Under the pieces are notes generated by a model. The model worked only from the letters and a program-made list of their open reading frames with translations. It was not told the DNA's origin and searched no databases. The position numbers and the translations under genes are program-made. Shown piece after piece: positions 34,241-48,620 of a stretch of DNA of 64,000 bases; position 1 is the stretch's first letter, and each line of letters opens with the position of its first letter. The DNA comes from Raillietiella orientalis (Eukaryota), in NCBI GenBank assembly GCA_036172245.1, contig JAYWIR010000010.1, positions 2,170,001 to 2,234,000 of the forward strand, in the 5' to 3' direction.

Positions 34241-35285
34241 CCCTTAACATCGCATGATGCTTTCCCCCACGTAAACTGACCAGGAGTGTCCGATAGACGC
34301 ATTACTCTAAATTATATTAAAATGAAGTAATCTGGAAAAGATTATTATTGTTATCAAATTAGACAAGTCCTCAATAATATTATTATTTATTTAGGAAGGC
34401 ACTGAACACAAGTTATTTTCTTAGTGCTAGTCTGTCTCTTGACTTTTCAAGTATTTCTATCGTCAAATCTTAAAAAGGGGTAGAATAGACGCAAATCGAT
34501 TTCTCCCCACGGTCGCACGGAATATCGGATTACCAAATATCGGATCCCAATCCTCTCTAAAGCCTACGTTGCTCTGCTTACGACCCATAAATGCTTGTAA
34601 TTCGGCCGTACCCATTGGTTCCCAACCATTTCCCAATTCCCTTTCAGCTTCGGAATCGGCACGCCTTACGATAAGTTCCGGCAAATTCCGGTCGGAAGGT
34701 AAATGGGAACTGCCGGTAGGAATTCCTTTCTCTGGTGGGAGAACAGCCTCTGATGCCGTGGAGTTCTTCTCCTGTCGCTTCCCACAGTCTTTCCCCACAT
34801 ATCCTTCGTCGATAGAATTATTACAGTTATTTGCTCGTTCCTCCTCGTTTGCAGTTTCGCCGTCACTGTAGAATTGCTGACCGTTTCTGTGAAGTTACTC
34901 TCACCGTCAGAGGCTCCGTCCATAAGAAAATCTTCGCGTCTGTCGGTAAATATTGGAAGAACAAACAAAAATGCTAACAGCACGCATTTTTCACCTTATT
35001 TACTTTTTGGTTTTAACAGGTTCAAACGTGCGAATCTGTATTGTACCAAACAGTTTCCAATGGACACATCTGAGTTGTTATGTTGCATTTTTGGTAAATT
35101 ATTAAAATAAAGAAAACAATGTTTTTTTTTTTTTTTAAAAAAAAAGAAATTGGTAAGATAATTTTGGAAATTAAACAAAGAGTATATAGTAGACAAGGTA
35201 ATTTCTCAATCAAATAAATACTTTTGATTTTGTATGTAAGTCGATTTGCAAGTGTGTCCATTGGACACGACTGGGATGTTAAGGG
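34241..35285 (-). mobile_element. Internally deleted piggyBac transposon with transposase remnant
   Basis: WEPMGTAELQAFMG..W.PIFGNPIFRATVGRNRFASIL (34463-34798) is typical of piggyBac DDE_Tnp_1_7. Inverted ends CCCTTAACATC (34241-34251) and GATGTTAAGGG (35275-35285); TTAA TSD not preserved. Confidence 0.78.
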
Positions 35286-38200
35286 TGAAGCAACTCGAAA
35301 CAAGGTCTTGGTCATTACATACTTTCCGTCCCGAAAAATTCGTTTCTGGGAACTTGCAAGTTCAAAGTTGCAAAATTTTCCTCGCATAAGAAAGTATTTC
35401 GTGAGATGAATTAAGTTGAGGTTCAAGAAAGACCTGAAAACTTAACCCGTGCTAGTTAGTACTCGTTGTACCGTACGGTTAACTGTGCTTTCTCAACTTT
35501 GCTACTGCAATTCAACTTAAAAATACTTTGATGCGAATTTCGGTGTGTTCCCTGTGATGAAAGGTATGTGATGAAATCTGTTAATGCTGGAAAAATGTCG
35601 CAGAAGTCGAAACTTCTTTCCATATGCTCCTACTGCAAGACTGTTTGCTCCATCACTTTCGAAACATGATGAGTACGCATTTCGAGGAAAAACAAATTAC
35701 TAATGCATCGCCAAGAAGTGTGGCATGCACAAATGTTAAAATCCACGCAGTTTCGAATTTTTGCAAGGAAAGATACTTTGTAATGTCACAGTGTTAGCCG
35801 TGAGCTATTCGAAACAGTCGTGCCAATCCAAGCCACGGGGCTCGCAAGATGCGGACCCGATTGTAGAATAACACAAAAAAAAATTCCAGATAAGTTGTCA
35901 AGGGATTTCTGTATCATAGTAGCAGGAAAATCGTTTCATCCCCGCATGAATGATAGCTGAAATTTTAAAAGTTAACCAGGCAGGAGGAAGTTTATTTTTG
36001 TGTGTGTTTTTCCAACAGAAGCATTTTGGCGATTCCAGTTGGTCAATGGAATGGGAATTCGAACGGAAATGTGTATTGCTGGTGGCGTGCAGCGTTATAC
36101 CACAACCTGAAAGTACACTTTCTTGAAGCACTTTTTTTTAGAAATGAACCCCCGTGCAGATTCTAATGCTTTCAGATCTTGAAAGCAAAAAAAAATTAAT
36201 TTTGTTTATATCATTTGTTGTATTTTTTCGTGTTGGCTTTTTTTTTTTTTTTTTCTACTGTAATGGGTGCAATTTTCTGTTGGGATCGAGATAATATATA
36301 AAAGTGTTTCTTTTTTTGTTAAACACAGAATTCTCGGCAAATAAGTGTTCATAAGATTTTCATTTGCTTTCGAAGTTTGACGAAGGAAGCATTCAGAAAG
36401 AAGTGGAGGTCGTAAACAGAACACGAATACAAATAGTGTTTACCGAGATTCCCGAATAATTAAATAGGATTTTGTCCTTTTCGAGAAAGAAATCACGGTT
36501 AACCCTAGAGACCTTATTTCTTTAAGTTCTCTACGGGGCTAAAAGCCTAGGAGCCTCGATATTGGAAAATGTGTGAACATCTACTGTTTAAAGAGAGTGT
36601 GAACACGTATGGTTCCAATCATTTTGGGGTTAACTAAGACGGAAAACTCTATACAGAAAAAAAAAAAAAAAAAAAAGGGTTGCCCTTAGTGAGCAAAGAC
36701 TTTCGGATGGCAAGCAATTTTTCAGAAGGAAAAACGGACGAGAAATGTGTACACTATAGGACGGTGGATCGCGAAAATCATGGCAACCCTGGCAACGTGG
36801 ATTTGAATAATTGCTAATATTATTGGATCCATTTATTGAAGCATTTCAAGGGTTTTGAAACGCCGCAGTTCGAATTTTGCGCTTTCCTAAGGAGTTAAAA
36901 GCTCAGACTCGATGAAAGCAGTGATCCTTTATGTCATCAATGGTGCAAGGAACGCAGTTCGGAGTCTTCAGGAGCTGAAGGGAGGGGAATTGTAAGCGCA
37001 GAATCGAAAAAAAAAATGGAACAGTGAAACGGCAGGGTTTGTAAAATTTTAGAAAGGCTTGCAAAAAAATACTGACGACATTTCACACTGATAGTGAGGA
37101 AAGAAACTTTTGGATATCCCAAGTATTTGCAGAGCCAAAACGGATGCCGTATCTGAAAACATCGACAAGCAAACATCGGTAGCCTCTGAGTAATCACTGA
37201 TTCTGATTCTTGAAGGAGGGAGGGTATTTCGTATCACAAAATCGAAACTTGAAATGGAGGTAATTAAGTAGCACACAGTAATTTCCTTCGATGGATGGTC
37301 CTCCGAACATGCTGTTAGCAAAGCAAAAATGGAAACAAAGTGGTCGTTAACGCGCAACACTCAAAGCAGATGCTGACGGGACCAACTTTTGGAGATAAAG
37401 GTGGCACAGGGACGCGCAGCGACTTGGTTCCGGGAGACGAGCAGTAAATGCCCGAGGAATGTGGACTTTCAGAAGGAGGCTGCTTCTTCAGGTTGTACCG
37501 GAAATTCCAAGTGTTATCGGTGGCGGCTTCCGAGCTCTCACTCATTCCAGCCACGCAGAAAAAGAAGCCGACGAGGGAACGGGTCGGTCAACTGGAGTCA
37601 CCGCATAGTCGCTGGAAGTCAAGTCGATGGTTCCAGCATTCGGGAGTGCAAAGTCAACGATGCAAAGTTCTTCGAGTCGTGGTGGCGTCATGGCACCTTG
37701 TCTGTGCTTTTGAGACTTCAGGGCGACCTTGATTTTGCAGACGAACATACCTCAGGGAAACACTCCCAGCATCTCGAATTCTGCGGTGTTACCATAGGCA
37801 TGGAGTTTCACATCAGCGCGTTCTCCGTACATCACAGCCATCAGATCCATTTTTTTTTTTTAATTCAATCGTTAGCTAGAGAAACCTACCCATAGCAAGT
37901 TCCTGTAGCTCTTTCGTAAGTGGAGCTGCAAAGAACGAAATCAAAGGTCGAACGAATTAAGCCATCTTTTTAGGCAGTTGAAGTCAAAAGTATTCTGAAC
38001 TGGCTGAGAAAAACTAAACCCAAGATAACTCCATGAAATAAATGTCGAAACCAACAATAAACGACCAAAAATTCAGTTTTTTACCGCCATGAATTTAGGA
38101 TAAGATTTCATGTTTGATCAAGAGGATAACTTTGGTTCGCATACGGCCCAATAGCAATCGTACAGAAATGCTGTCGTACAGCCCTCTCTCTCTCTCTCCT

Positions 38201-38831
38201 GCTTGTTGTGTGCAAATATAAGGGACTGCATTGTGTGCTCAGGCAGATCACGTTTCGTTTGAGTTTTTCGTGGGCAATCATGGATTGGTCTCGTGATGGC
38301 GCCACGCTTTTGGTGACAGCCACTGCACTCTCGATTCCGTTTTTGAACAAATTGTTTCAATTGTTTTTCATGTAAGTGAAATGCTGTATCATACTCACCT
38401 TGAAATGTGCACAAATGGACGAATCGGGTAAAAGGTGTTTGAGTCTTCACCCAGTCAATTTACGTATCTTTACTTGAAAATGAATTCATTTCTTTATTTG
38501 AGTACTCTGATAGCAATATTTTTAGCGGCAATAACATCTGAGAATTAATACAACAAGAACATGACTTTTGAAAAGAAATATGAGATGCCACAATAGCTCA
38601 AACCAATGAAAGACATACAAGGCAACTGGACACTGGATTCCAAGGCCTTCATTAATTTACCATGCTGATAATGTTCAGAATGAGGTAAACATGAGATCAA
38701 TGACAAATGGAATGGTGCGAGAAAGTCCAGGATGATAGGAAGACTTGGTTACATGACCAGGATATGACTAGGACCAATTTCAATACCGGACTGCAAGTTA
38801 TCAGTAGCACAGGTGTGAAAATATGGAATGA

Positions 38832-40869
38832 TTATGGTAGTGGCACAATGACATGAACATAAGAGATAGGAAACAATCCTGTCTTGGCTCCCAAAGTTCC
38901 TTCAAACCAATTGTCATCTATCTGACTGAGAAGCTGTATCATCTGCCCTTCCTAAACAAAATCCATTACTGAGTAATGTCAGGAATAATTTACCTTAAAT
39001 GCAAGCTCAGTAGCATTCTCAGGCACAAAATCATACAGCGCCTGACAACATGGAGTAGTGGCTACTGGCGATCTTGAAGGAGATACAGCAGGAGATGCAT
39101 CTATAAATACGAGAGCAAACTAAATTGTATAGCTAGAGCAGGATATAGCACATTCTCACCAGCAAATGCAAGAGTGCCATCAGCAAACAAAGACCCAGAA
39201 GGGTGAGATCCTCTTGGTGAAGGAAGGGGTGATCTCTTTGCTATTGCTGGAAAGAAAGTAATCAATAGAAACAAATCGACCAATGCGTCAATCCAACTTA
39301 ATCCTAAGAAAAAATCACCTGATCGGTCCTCTCTTTGAAGACTGATTCTATCTGACAAAGTCATGGGGACAAATTCTTTACGGGGAGCGAGAGCTGCTAC
39401 TTCTTTTCTGGAAGAAAAATGAACTAGTAGACCAGTTGAAAATATGGGATGAAGGGTCACATTAGGAATGTCCTGAAGAAATGAGAGAGGTACAGAAGGG
39501 GATAATTCAGGTGTACGTACAGGAGGAGCAAAATCACAACTACTAAAAGAAGTTCTGCATGGTCAAATATGGGGAGATCATTGTGCTTTACACTTACTGT
39601 TCATGCAATCTCAGAGTGAGGCCACTTAGCACTTCACTACAGCCTTTATGATACTCTAGCAATGCATCAGCAAAAGCAGCTAATTGGGAGATTTGCTCTA
39701 CCTGCCAAAAGAACATGTAACTTGTTCCCAGATTGTTAATGCTACCCACATCATTTTCAAGCAAGTTATGCATGCCTGCCTGAGCCAATTGTAAGGATTC
39801 AGCAAATTTAACTTCAGCCAAATGCAACTCTTCTTCTGTAACGTGACCTCCTAAGTTGAAAACAACTTTGACCCACTCTAACATTATATCAATTAATAAC
39901 CTTTCTCTTTACGTCTACGTTTACAGTCGTGGTCTAGACGTCGTCCTAGTAATTTTTTGCGATGATGCTGCAATAAGCATATATAATAGATTTTTTTAAT
40001 TTTTATTGTTGCCTTCATTCCTCCTACCAGGACTTCCTTGATATCTTTGGTTTGCAAAAGATGTAAAGGATCCAACACATTTTGACGAATGTTGTCATCC
40101 AATGAGTACTTAATGTCAGCCAGCTGACGAAGAGCATCACCCATTTCCAGGAGAGCCTTCCCTGGAAAGGTTGTTTAGCATCTTTGTTTTTGTAACAGAT
40201 GCATACCAAATGCTGTCTCCTCTCCAAGTCTCTTTGCATACCCAGACATGCATTCTCCCAAAATGCTCTCAGGTTGAGGATAACTTGCTATTCCTTTTGG
40301 TTGCCCACCAAGACGGGACATACTCTTGACTGCTGCCATTTTAGCTCTCACAGCTGGATTGGGTTGCAGGAATTCTCTGGTATGTGTTTGCAACTCCTCC
40401 ACAAGTTCAATTGTGACATCTGTGCGCTACCAAAACTAATGTTTCACTTCTTCTCCATCCCAATCTACCTTCTCCATCTCAGTAAATTCATCATCCAGTT
40501 TGGTTCCTTCTGCTCCTCCCATCTTCTCTGTCACATACTAAAACATGATAATCAAAACTTTAGGATTACCCAGGAAAAAAGTGGAGAAGTGCATGATTTT
40601 TAGGTGAACACAAACTCCAACCATCAAGTACAAATAAATCAATAACCACAATCCTTAAAGTTATATTGCCAGAGACTAACCAATGGCTAAACCTTTGCTT
40701 GAACGATCAGTTAGTTTTTGATGACTGACAACAAAATTCGCGATAAGTGTACACTACACCAAAATGCATCATTACGCCACGCGGGAACTTTTACCGCACA
40801 AATAAAACTACACAGCTTGGTTACCTGATTTGCCTTATTGAACTGCTTTTTTAAGCTAGCAAAAGCCAT
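38832..40869 (-). CDS. EndoA: Endophilin-A (N-BAR + SH3), 11 exons, 380 aa
   Basis: Exons 40869-40825, 40537-40469, 40426-40207, 40161-40028, 39967-39901, 39850-39750, 39701-39598, 39407-39319, 39246-39160, 39100-38994, 38951-38832. All introns are GT-AG with consistent phases (1143 nt total). Protein reads [58 protein letters not shown]..; SH3 CQALYDFVPENATELAFKEG..DDNWFEG..GLFPISYV..VPLP*. AATAAA at 38498-38493. Confidence 0.95.
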
Positions 40870-41429
40870 CTCGAAGTTTTGTTTCGTATGAATATGAAAT
40901 GCTACGCAAATGAATTTCGTCAATTAGCACTCCTGATATCCAGTACCATGCAATTTACAATTTCAAATTAAAGATTTAGGACACTAAACAGGCAGGAAAA
41001 CACTGCACCTTGAAACAATCTATCACAATTTGAAATCACAAACTGAACGAGAACGAAAACAGTTACATAGATGCACCGTGAAAGACACTTTCCTAAGATC
41101 GTAGTGTTGTAGCATGTCGGCATAGTATCCTCTACGCGAGAACTTCATAGCTTAATCGATAACAGAAAATGTTTCTGCTAGTACTGCACACACACAAACA
41201 GTCCGATATCTCCGAACTAGAACATTCGAATACAACGATGATAAGTTGTGCAGGGAAATCGAACAAAATCAGGCGATATCTGCCAAGCTGTTTCCCACAT
41301 ATCTTGCAACCATGCCTTCTTGATAAGAATGTGTGTTTCGGGGAGCATCCTTGGTGGGACTACCAGGCGTGCAGTGCATCCCCGGTTGGAATCTGTTTAC
41401 GAATTACCAAAGTTGATAATTACAAACGG

Positions 41430-41457
41430 TACTACTACTACTACTACTACTACTACT
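41430..41457. repeat. (TAC)n microsatellite
   Basis: Direct reading. Confidence 0.9.
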
Positions 41458-44400
41458 GATGGGGAACTTCCAAAGTCAATTTGGAAATCTTTCGACCGTA
41501 TTCACGAATTCCTGTTGAAACACTCTTTCAGGGTCGACATCCTACACACCAAGTGACATAATGAAAACGGTAACGAATTCCCCTCCCTCCTCCCCTGCAC
41601 ACCCCCGCCTTTTTCTTCTTCTTCTAAGGTTTCGAAGAACTTTGGGAAAATCCTTTTGCTACCAGTTAAAAATTTTCGAAATACTGAAAAGCTTCATGTT
41701 TAGAGTGAAGTATTAATCCTCAATGTCACCTCAAAATTAAAATACAGCTTAAAAAGAACAAGGCTTAATTAGATGTTCAGCCTATGTACCTTGAGCTCCA
41801 GTGACTTAAGTGAATCAATTCAACGAAAGTCCGCTAAGCAATGTGGTATTCTATAGCAGCTATGAAAAAATGGATGAACGAAAAAAGGAGTATACTATTC
41901 GTAGGCCATCGAATTAAGTGCAAAATGTTGATGTGGTGACCACAAATGATACAGTGGGTTTCTCAAGAACATGATGTGGGAATGCGAGGTCCTCAACTAT
42001 ACTTCGCCTTGCAGATGCAATCGAAAGAAAGTCGGCTGCTGGATGCGTTGCAACTCTTTCCTTGTGGGATTATGGAACACGGGAAGGCGGAAGACTACGC
42101 ATGTGCCTGCAATGTTCAGATGCAATGACGCAGCTGGAGTTCTCCCGGAGACCATCCTAGTAAGCTGTACAGTTATGAAAGCACTTTCTACTCTTCAGTA
42201 CTTGCAGTATCAACACATACAATCAATTTATGCTGGAAACCTTTAATTTGGGTTTCAGTGCTGAGTATTCCACAATCCTTGGTATAGCTTCCAAAAGACA
42301 CAATACACAGACTACTCAGTTCTTTTGTAAATCTGTGAACATTTTTGAAGAAAAAAAAAAAAGAAGCCTGCATGCTCCATTATCTTTGAAGACATGGATG
42401 CGTTAGCTCTTTTGAAATTAAAAGCTGATTTCTGTAGTATCATTCACAAAATCTTTCATTGTAACTTGAGATCTGTAAGATTCTGATGATTTCTTGTATG
42501 AGAAAAAGTGATCATTTTACACCAGGTTCGAATTGAACAAATAACTACCAGAAACCGGTTGGACACTGAATAACAACTAATTCAGCAACCTAGTGTATGG
42601 AAAAGTGAAACGATAAACAGCAGTCACCCAATCACTTTGAGGTAGATGCAGAGTCATGCTGGAGAATTTTCGGAACTGAAAATTCCTGAAAGAGAGAGAA
42701 ATCCAGTCATGGACAAGCAACTTTGACGGACAATTTAGTAGGGAATAGTCAACTGCGAGTTAAAAAGCTCTCGCAAACCAAAGTAGCTGTAAGCTCGGAT
42801 TTAAGAAAGTGTGCAGGATTGCGAAACCTCTTCTTATCAGGCCACTTTAAATTTCTGGAAACATGAGAACACGGATGATTTTATTTGGAATACATGCTTA
42901 AAAGAAAGGTGTATAAAACTTTAGGATTACCTCTCTGCCTTCGTCATTTTTCGCTACAGTCTCTGACGTGCAAATTGGAATTTTCCTTCTTATATTCAAA
43001 GCAAATATCAAATAAAGAATGGTTCCCTTCATGACCAAACGAACGAATCTGCAATCATAAAGTTTTGATTGAATAATAATTGTGTGTCATTTTTTTTTTC
43101 AGCAAAGTTTATTCTACCTTTCGCATGCATGCAAATGTCAACTTGAATGAACGTGGGTGATCACTTCAGAGATTCTGCTTTGGATGACTAAGGAAGCTGC
43201 GCCATTTTACTGCTCATTAATGATTAGTCCAGAATCTGGACAAACGACATAAAAGAGGGAGATTTGGATTTTTTTTTTCCATTCTTTTTTCCACCTTGAT
43301 CTGCACCGTGCAGCCATTTTGAAAGGGTTTCGATGGAAACGCGATTTCATGCATGTTTTTGTCGAGTTAGGAAAGAAAATATTAGGTATCACTGATTATA
43401 GCTTTTCTAGGAGGAATACTGATTCGCTTTTTATCGATTAACTTTACAAACTGATAACACCAAAGAAACAAAAAAACAATTAACAACAACCATTAGCAGC
43501 TTTATTTAGTAATGGGAAAACATTTCACCTAATGCATTCGGTTGGTGAAACACGCATGCCACTTTTCAAAAGTGCTCCCAAAGAACCAAACTGCTACTGC
43601 AAGTAAGCCACATTTCAAATGGTTCTGTTTTCGTTGCTTCTCCTCTTCGCATTGCAAGGTGTGGAAACCATGACTAGTGCACAACCTGTAAAATCCACAT
43701 GGATTTTCAAGTGGATAAGCAAACGGAATGCCTTCCCCCCCCCCCCCCCCCCCCCAGTTTTCACGTAGGTCGCCTTCTGCAAGCAAACTTCTGCGTTTCC
43801 GTTTCCCCGTATTTATGAGCATATGCATTTGTAATGGTCCATGGGACTCTGCTCTGTGGGGCTCCTTTCGGAATGTCTATTCATCCACCTATATAAAGAC
43901 TGCCAGTGTCCAAGGAAATAACGAATGCATGGAAACGAGTTAATCACATTGGTCTAATCTTCTTACTATTCAACATGATTAAACAGTGCTTTCGAGTCTC
44001 TAATTAACGATCAGATTCGTAATGCCCATCCACAAATGAACTCCTTTAAAGATTTTTGGCACATATTTACGGCGCACATAAAGTTGTGCACATAAAGTTT
44101 ATTTGAGATTTGCTTTATGCAGTCATCGATTCGGATGATCTTCATTTTCAACTGTGAAGGCAAAACTCTTTGTTTGTTAAAGCTGCTGAGCTCGCTAAGC
44201 GCTCTTGGAATATAACAGACGGTGCTGTCAAATGGCTCTTGAACTGTTGTATTTGGTGGGAGTAACTTCTTTTAGAATTGTCGCCGCGCTTAGAGGATAA
44301 AGCGTTAATAGCGGACTTCTTAGGCTCGGTAGAAGACTTCGTCAGTACAAAGTTACCGCTCAAGTGATACAGAAAATGTAAAATTTTCCCCAATTTATCT

Positions 44401-47169
44401 CCGCAAGGGACATGCTGTTTAAAAAGTGCTACATGCCCGTCTCCGATTGTAAGTGTTGTTCACAAAAAGCACCTAATACAAGTGATGAGCTGTAGAGCCA
44501 ACTCATTACGAATCGCTTTAATTGATCTTCCCATTTTTGTTTCGCTTAGGAAAGGGTTCCGCTGCCTGCAGTTTCAGCAGCTTTTTTTTTCTTTTCTTTT
44601 CCATTTTTTTCTTTTCTTTATTATTCATCAGTTGGGGCTGACGGCAAACTCCGTCGAAGAAGAATAATCTTTCCATTTTTTCAATCGGATGACGATTTCC
44701 ACCTTCAGAGACGAAAGTCCCCAGAGAGCGATTCTAGCGCGACCACTAATAACTGATGATCTCTCTACTATGGTGATTTGCTATGAGAATCATAGCAATC
44801 CTTCCAGTGTGTCCCGCTAGAGATATTCTTCATTCTTAGTCGGAGTCAGATTCTCATTTTTCAAGTAAAACGATGTCAAGGAGGTCCTTTTAGTTTAGGA
44901 GGATCTGCCTTCAAATCCAAGACGACTCTTGCATACCATCTTGCATCGCTACTTTATGCAGTGCCCTCCTTTCTCCGTGGGTGCGGTGTCAACACGTTCC
45001 ATCTTCTGCTGATAAGAAGATGTGCTTAGAATTGAAAATTTCCACCGTTCCTGGGCAGGTTTCTACTGCTTCGAAGTGACCTCTTGTTCAAGAAAGGTGA
45101 CTCGAACACGAGAGGTGTAGAGATTCTGTTGTCGATTCTGCTAGTAGTCTGAGTGTTTTTTCAGGAACCATGTGGACAGAGGACGGTCGGAAACTCTGGC
45201 TTCAGTGATCATTAAGATCGAATCCCAGCTCTTAGATAATCTCCAAACCAATCTTCATCAGTTGTTCGAGAGTATGAAACTTTACTGGCATAAAGGAAAT
45301 TCAAGAAAGCGTTCGAAGATTTTTTCATCTGGTTTTAAGTGTCATGGACACCATGGAAGCCATTCCAAGTGAAATCACATCCGGTGCAAAGTCTGCAGTT
45401 GCAGGAAAGTGGAGTGCCACTTCAAAGGCAAAGGATGAGATTTTTCAAAAATGATCAGTCGTGAGAATGAGATATGTACCCTAATTCCGAAGAAGAGAGG
45501 AGCCATCTTCACAGTACTCCCATGGTTTACACGATTCTGCTCGATGAATTCGTCCGCCCCAACCAAGTGTTGGAAACAGGATGAGAAGTTGCCTTTGCCT
45601 GTGGCAGACTCATCTCTGGTGGTCAGTCCAAGTGCGCGAAACGAGCTCGCAATCGTAGAAGCGAGATGCTTTGAACGCTGCAGTCGATCTGACCTTGAGC
45701 TAAGAAAAGGGAACCGGGTCATAGCATCGGGCGTGTGCCGTCTATTTCGAAAGGACGCCAGCAGCGTTCGAGAGAGCGTGAGAAGGAAAATGAAGAACCA
45801 CAGTCTTTCCTTTTCACAATGAGAAACTCGAGAGATCATTATCGGACTGACGACGAACTCTCTTTGCACCGGGGATCCTAAGAACGACAAAAGTTTTCTG
45901 AAGAGCTGGAAATTCTTAGGCAGTATGCGAAGCAGCTCAGTTAGATGATGATGCCCTCCATCATCCAGCACAGCAGCAACATCTACTGGACGCGCCGGCT
46001 AGGACACCCTCCGAGCAGCCGATTGGCGTACTCGAAATCAAAGACGCTACACCTCTGATCCCGCGAAATGTCCACAAAATGGTAGCCCTTGTGAGTTTAC
46101 AGGTGAGATATGGCATTTCTAAGTACGTATCAGAAGGAATTTTGATTGCGCGCTGAACCGGTAAGTAGCTGACTTTCTGTTTAAATGGCGTTTTCGACGG
46201 GACTGAGTGGAAGAACTGGGTTCTAGTGTGGAGCAGTGGTTCCACTGGCATCGTTTACTATGTAGCACTACGTCAAACAAAAATGCTCGCATAGTTGTGT
46301 GACACGTGTTGGAATGACATCACTCCCTATTGCATCTACTTGCACTTAGAGCCTTTGTAGGTAGCACGCGCCTTTGTCCTCGCAGTCCTTCCGCATGTAG
46401 CTTGGCTCTGTGAACCTTTCCTCTTCTTGTTGCTTGCACTGAAACTCACGGAGGAGAGCAAACAAAAAATTGAGATGTTGTCAATTCTCCGTAGCATACT
46501 TTTCCAACCAAAAAAGACGAATACGACCCGCAGTTTCAAATGTCGGTACACCGTTCAGTTGTACCGTCAACCACTTTAAAAGAAACCTTTAAATCATCAC
46601 TAAGACAGAATTCTGGTGCTCCTCACTTGCATTTCTTGCTTACTGAACTATTCCAATTAAACTTGTGCTTTATCTCGCCATCTAACAGTGCAGTTCTACG
46701 TCTTTTTGTTGTAACTTAGACGGTTTCTGTTTCCAATCACTTATTTTTTGTGTGATTACCAGTCCTTGAAACTCAGAGTGATCAAAAGCAATAGGGAAGA
46801 GGTCGCCTGCTTCCTCAGGTGAAAAAAAGATTATTGGAAAAAGTTTCTTTCACAAGATTTGTTGTTTACTAATTCAGTTTCTGCTGCAGCAACAGGATTG
46901 TCTGTCGCAACAGTCAACGACACCTTTCCGGAAGAAACGAATAAGCTTTAAAACGATGGGTTTACATAAGGATTCCATAGGCCATAAAGAAGGATGCAAA
47001 AAGATGCAAACTGATAGGCCAAACATCAAAAGGTCTGATGCTAGAAAATTCTACCAAAAGTGCTTCTTTCCATTCGATTTAAGACCTGGTTAAATAGACG
47101 TCATTCACTGGTGTCTTCGTGGAGTTTGAGACGTGACCGTAAGAACACTTGCTTTGTTAGGTCAATTCG

Positions 47170-48620
47170 CGCAATAAATGTTGTTATTCGCAGCAGGGGA
47201 TGCAGCGGAGAGTTGACCCTAGCCCATTAACCTTCAGTGCTTACTTAGAGTTAGTGCTGAACGTGCCAGAAAACCGGACAACCCTCCATCCTCCTGTGCT
47301 TGTACGCCGTGCGTGTCGGCTTACACGGACGCTCTGCTGTTCGCACGTCCGACCTAGTAGCATCACTCGAAGAATTCCGCGGGCTGATACGCAGAGGAGC
47401 AGGCACGGGCGTGAACAGAACGAAGCTGATGGTCGTTTCCATGGCAGCATCGTGGACAGGGAAACCAGACGGGATCGTCTCAGAGATCTCCACGGAAGGT
47501 GCTACCCTCTGGTATCTCGGTGGGCAATCCACAACTTTTGCGTCATGGAAGCGGCGTCTGGCTGCCTCTAGGAGGCGGAGAAGGCGCCGGATCTGTTCCT
47601 GGGTAGCAAGTTTCTTTCGCCATAGAGCCCGCAATTGGGAACACTTTTGTCTTCCCCATTTACTGGTTCCTGCTTCTTGTTTGCCTCCTCCCTACTAGCC
47701 GAAAAGAAGAACAGAAGGACTTCTCTGGAAAACCCTGTGGAGCGATGCGAGGTCCCAGATACGTCTAAAAGAGTTATTGAATCCGCATGACGATGTCGGA
47801 CTAGGCATACTGATTCTAGGGAGACCGAAAGTGCAGGCCCACACGCTGTTTTTGACCTATCAGTGGAATCAAAATTGGAGTGATATCCTTTGGCGTGCTG
47901 TCGGCTACGAGAGAATGGCATCCCTTCTCCCTTTAAGTCGCAGCTGGAATTTTCTTCGAGGGACTCGACCTTCCTGCTTCCGAAACAGACGCGGATCTTT
48001 TTCTGGCCGCTGAATTCCTGAGCTTCAAGAGGGTGTGGATGCGTGGGCAAAGATCTCTCAGATCAGCCCCAAAGTGCTTCCGTACCGCTCTGCAGTAACG
48101 CCCCTGCGACAGGATTCCAAGGAGTGATCGTGGGCCACCGCCAACTCCCTAGCTCTGTTCACCCTATGGGAACACGGTGGAAGTCGCCAACCGACTACGT
48201 GGTCCCCGGCCACATAGCAGGGATCAGGAAACCGATATGTGACTGATCGTTTCGAGAAATTTCGGACGCCGTGATACCGAGTGTACGCGCCCAAGGAATG
48301 CGCTAGCGGGAGGGCATTCTTGGTGTCCTCTGGACAAACCAGCGGTTCCCCTTGTTCTGATAAACGTTCGGTTCTTCCCCCTCGGTGGCAACACGCGGAG
48401 ACGCTCTTACACTGGGATCCTCCGTTCAGCCAACGTCGGCACCAGCGTCGCCTGGTAACTCCAGGCGTTCAGTTCTCAAAGAGAAAAAAAAGAGAACCAA
48501 ATTGGGACTTCGATTTTACGGGACTACGAGTCCATATAAAGGGCGTGAACCACCGAATTGCAGGTCGGTTACACAAAAGGACAAGGGGAGTTGAGGGGGA
48601 GGGCACAGTAAATAGATAAA
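47170..48620 (+). mobile_element. Old degenerate non-LTR RT/ORF2 fragment (distinct family)
   Basis: GMQRRVDPSPLTFSAYLE (cf. GVRQGDPLSPLLF), AYTDALL (cf. YADD), GVNRTK, YLG and VGLGI occur in the correct order across frames. Confidence 0.65.

Noticed and set aside
42480..43000. Small spliced minus-strand gene
   Set aside because: Plausible splice signals, but no coherent ORF or homology.
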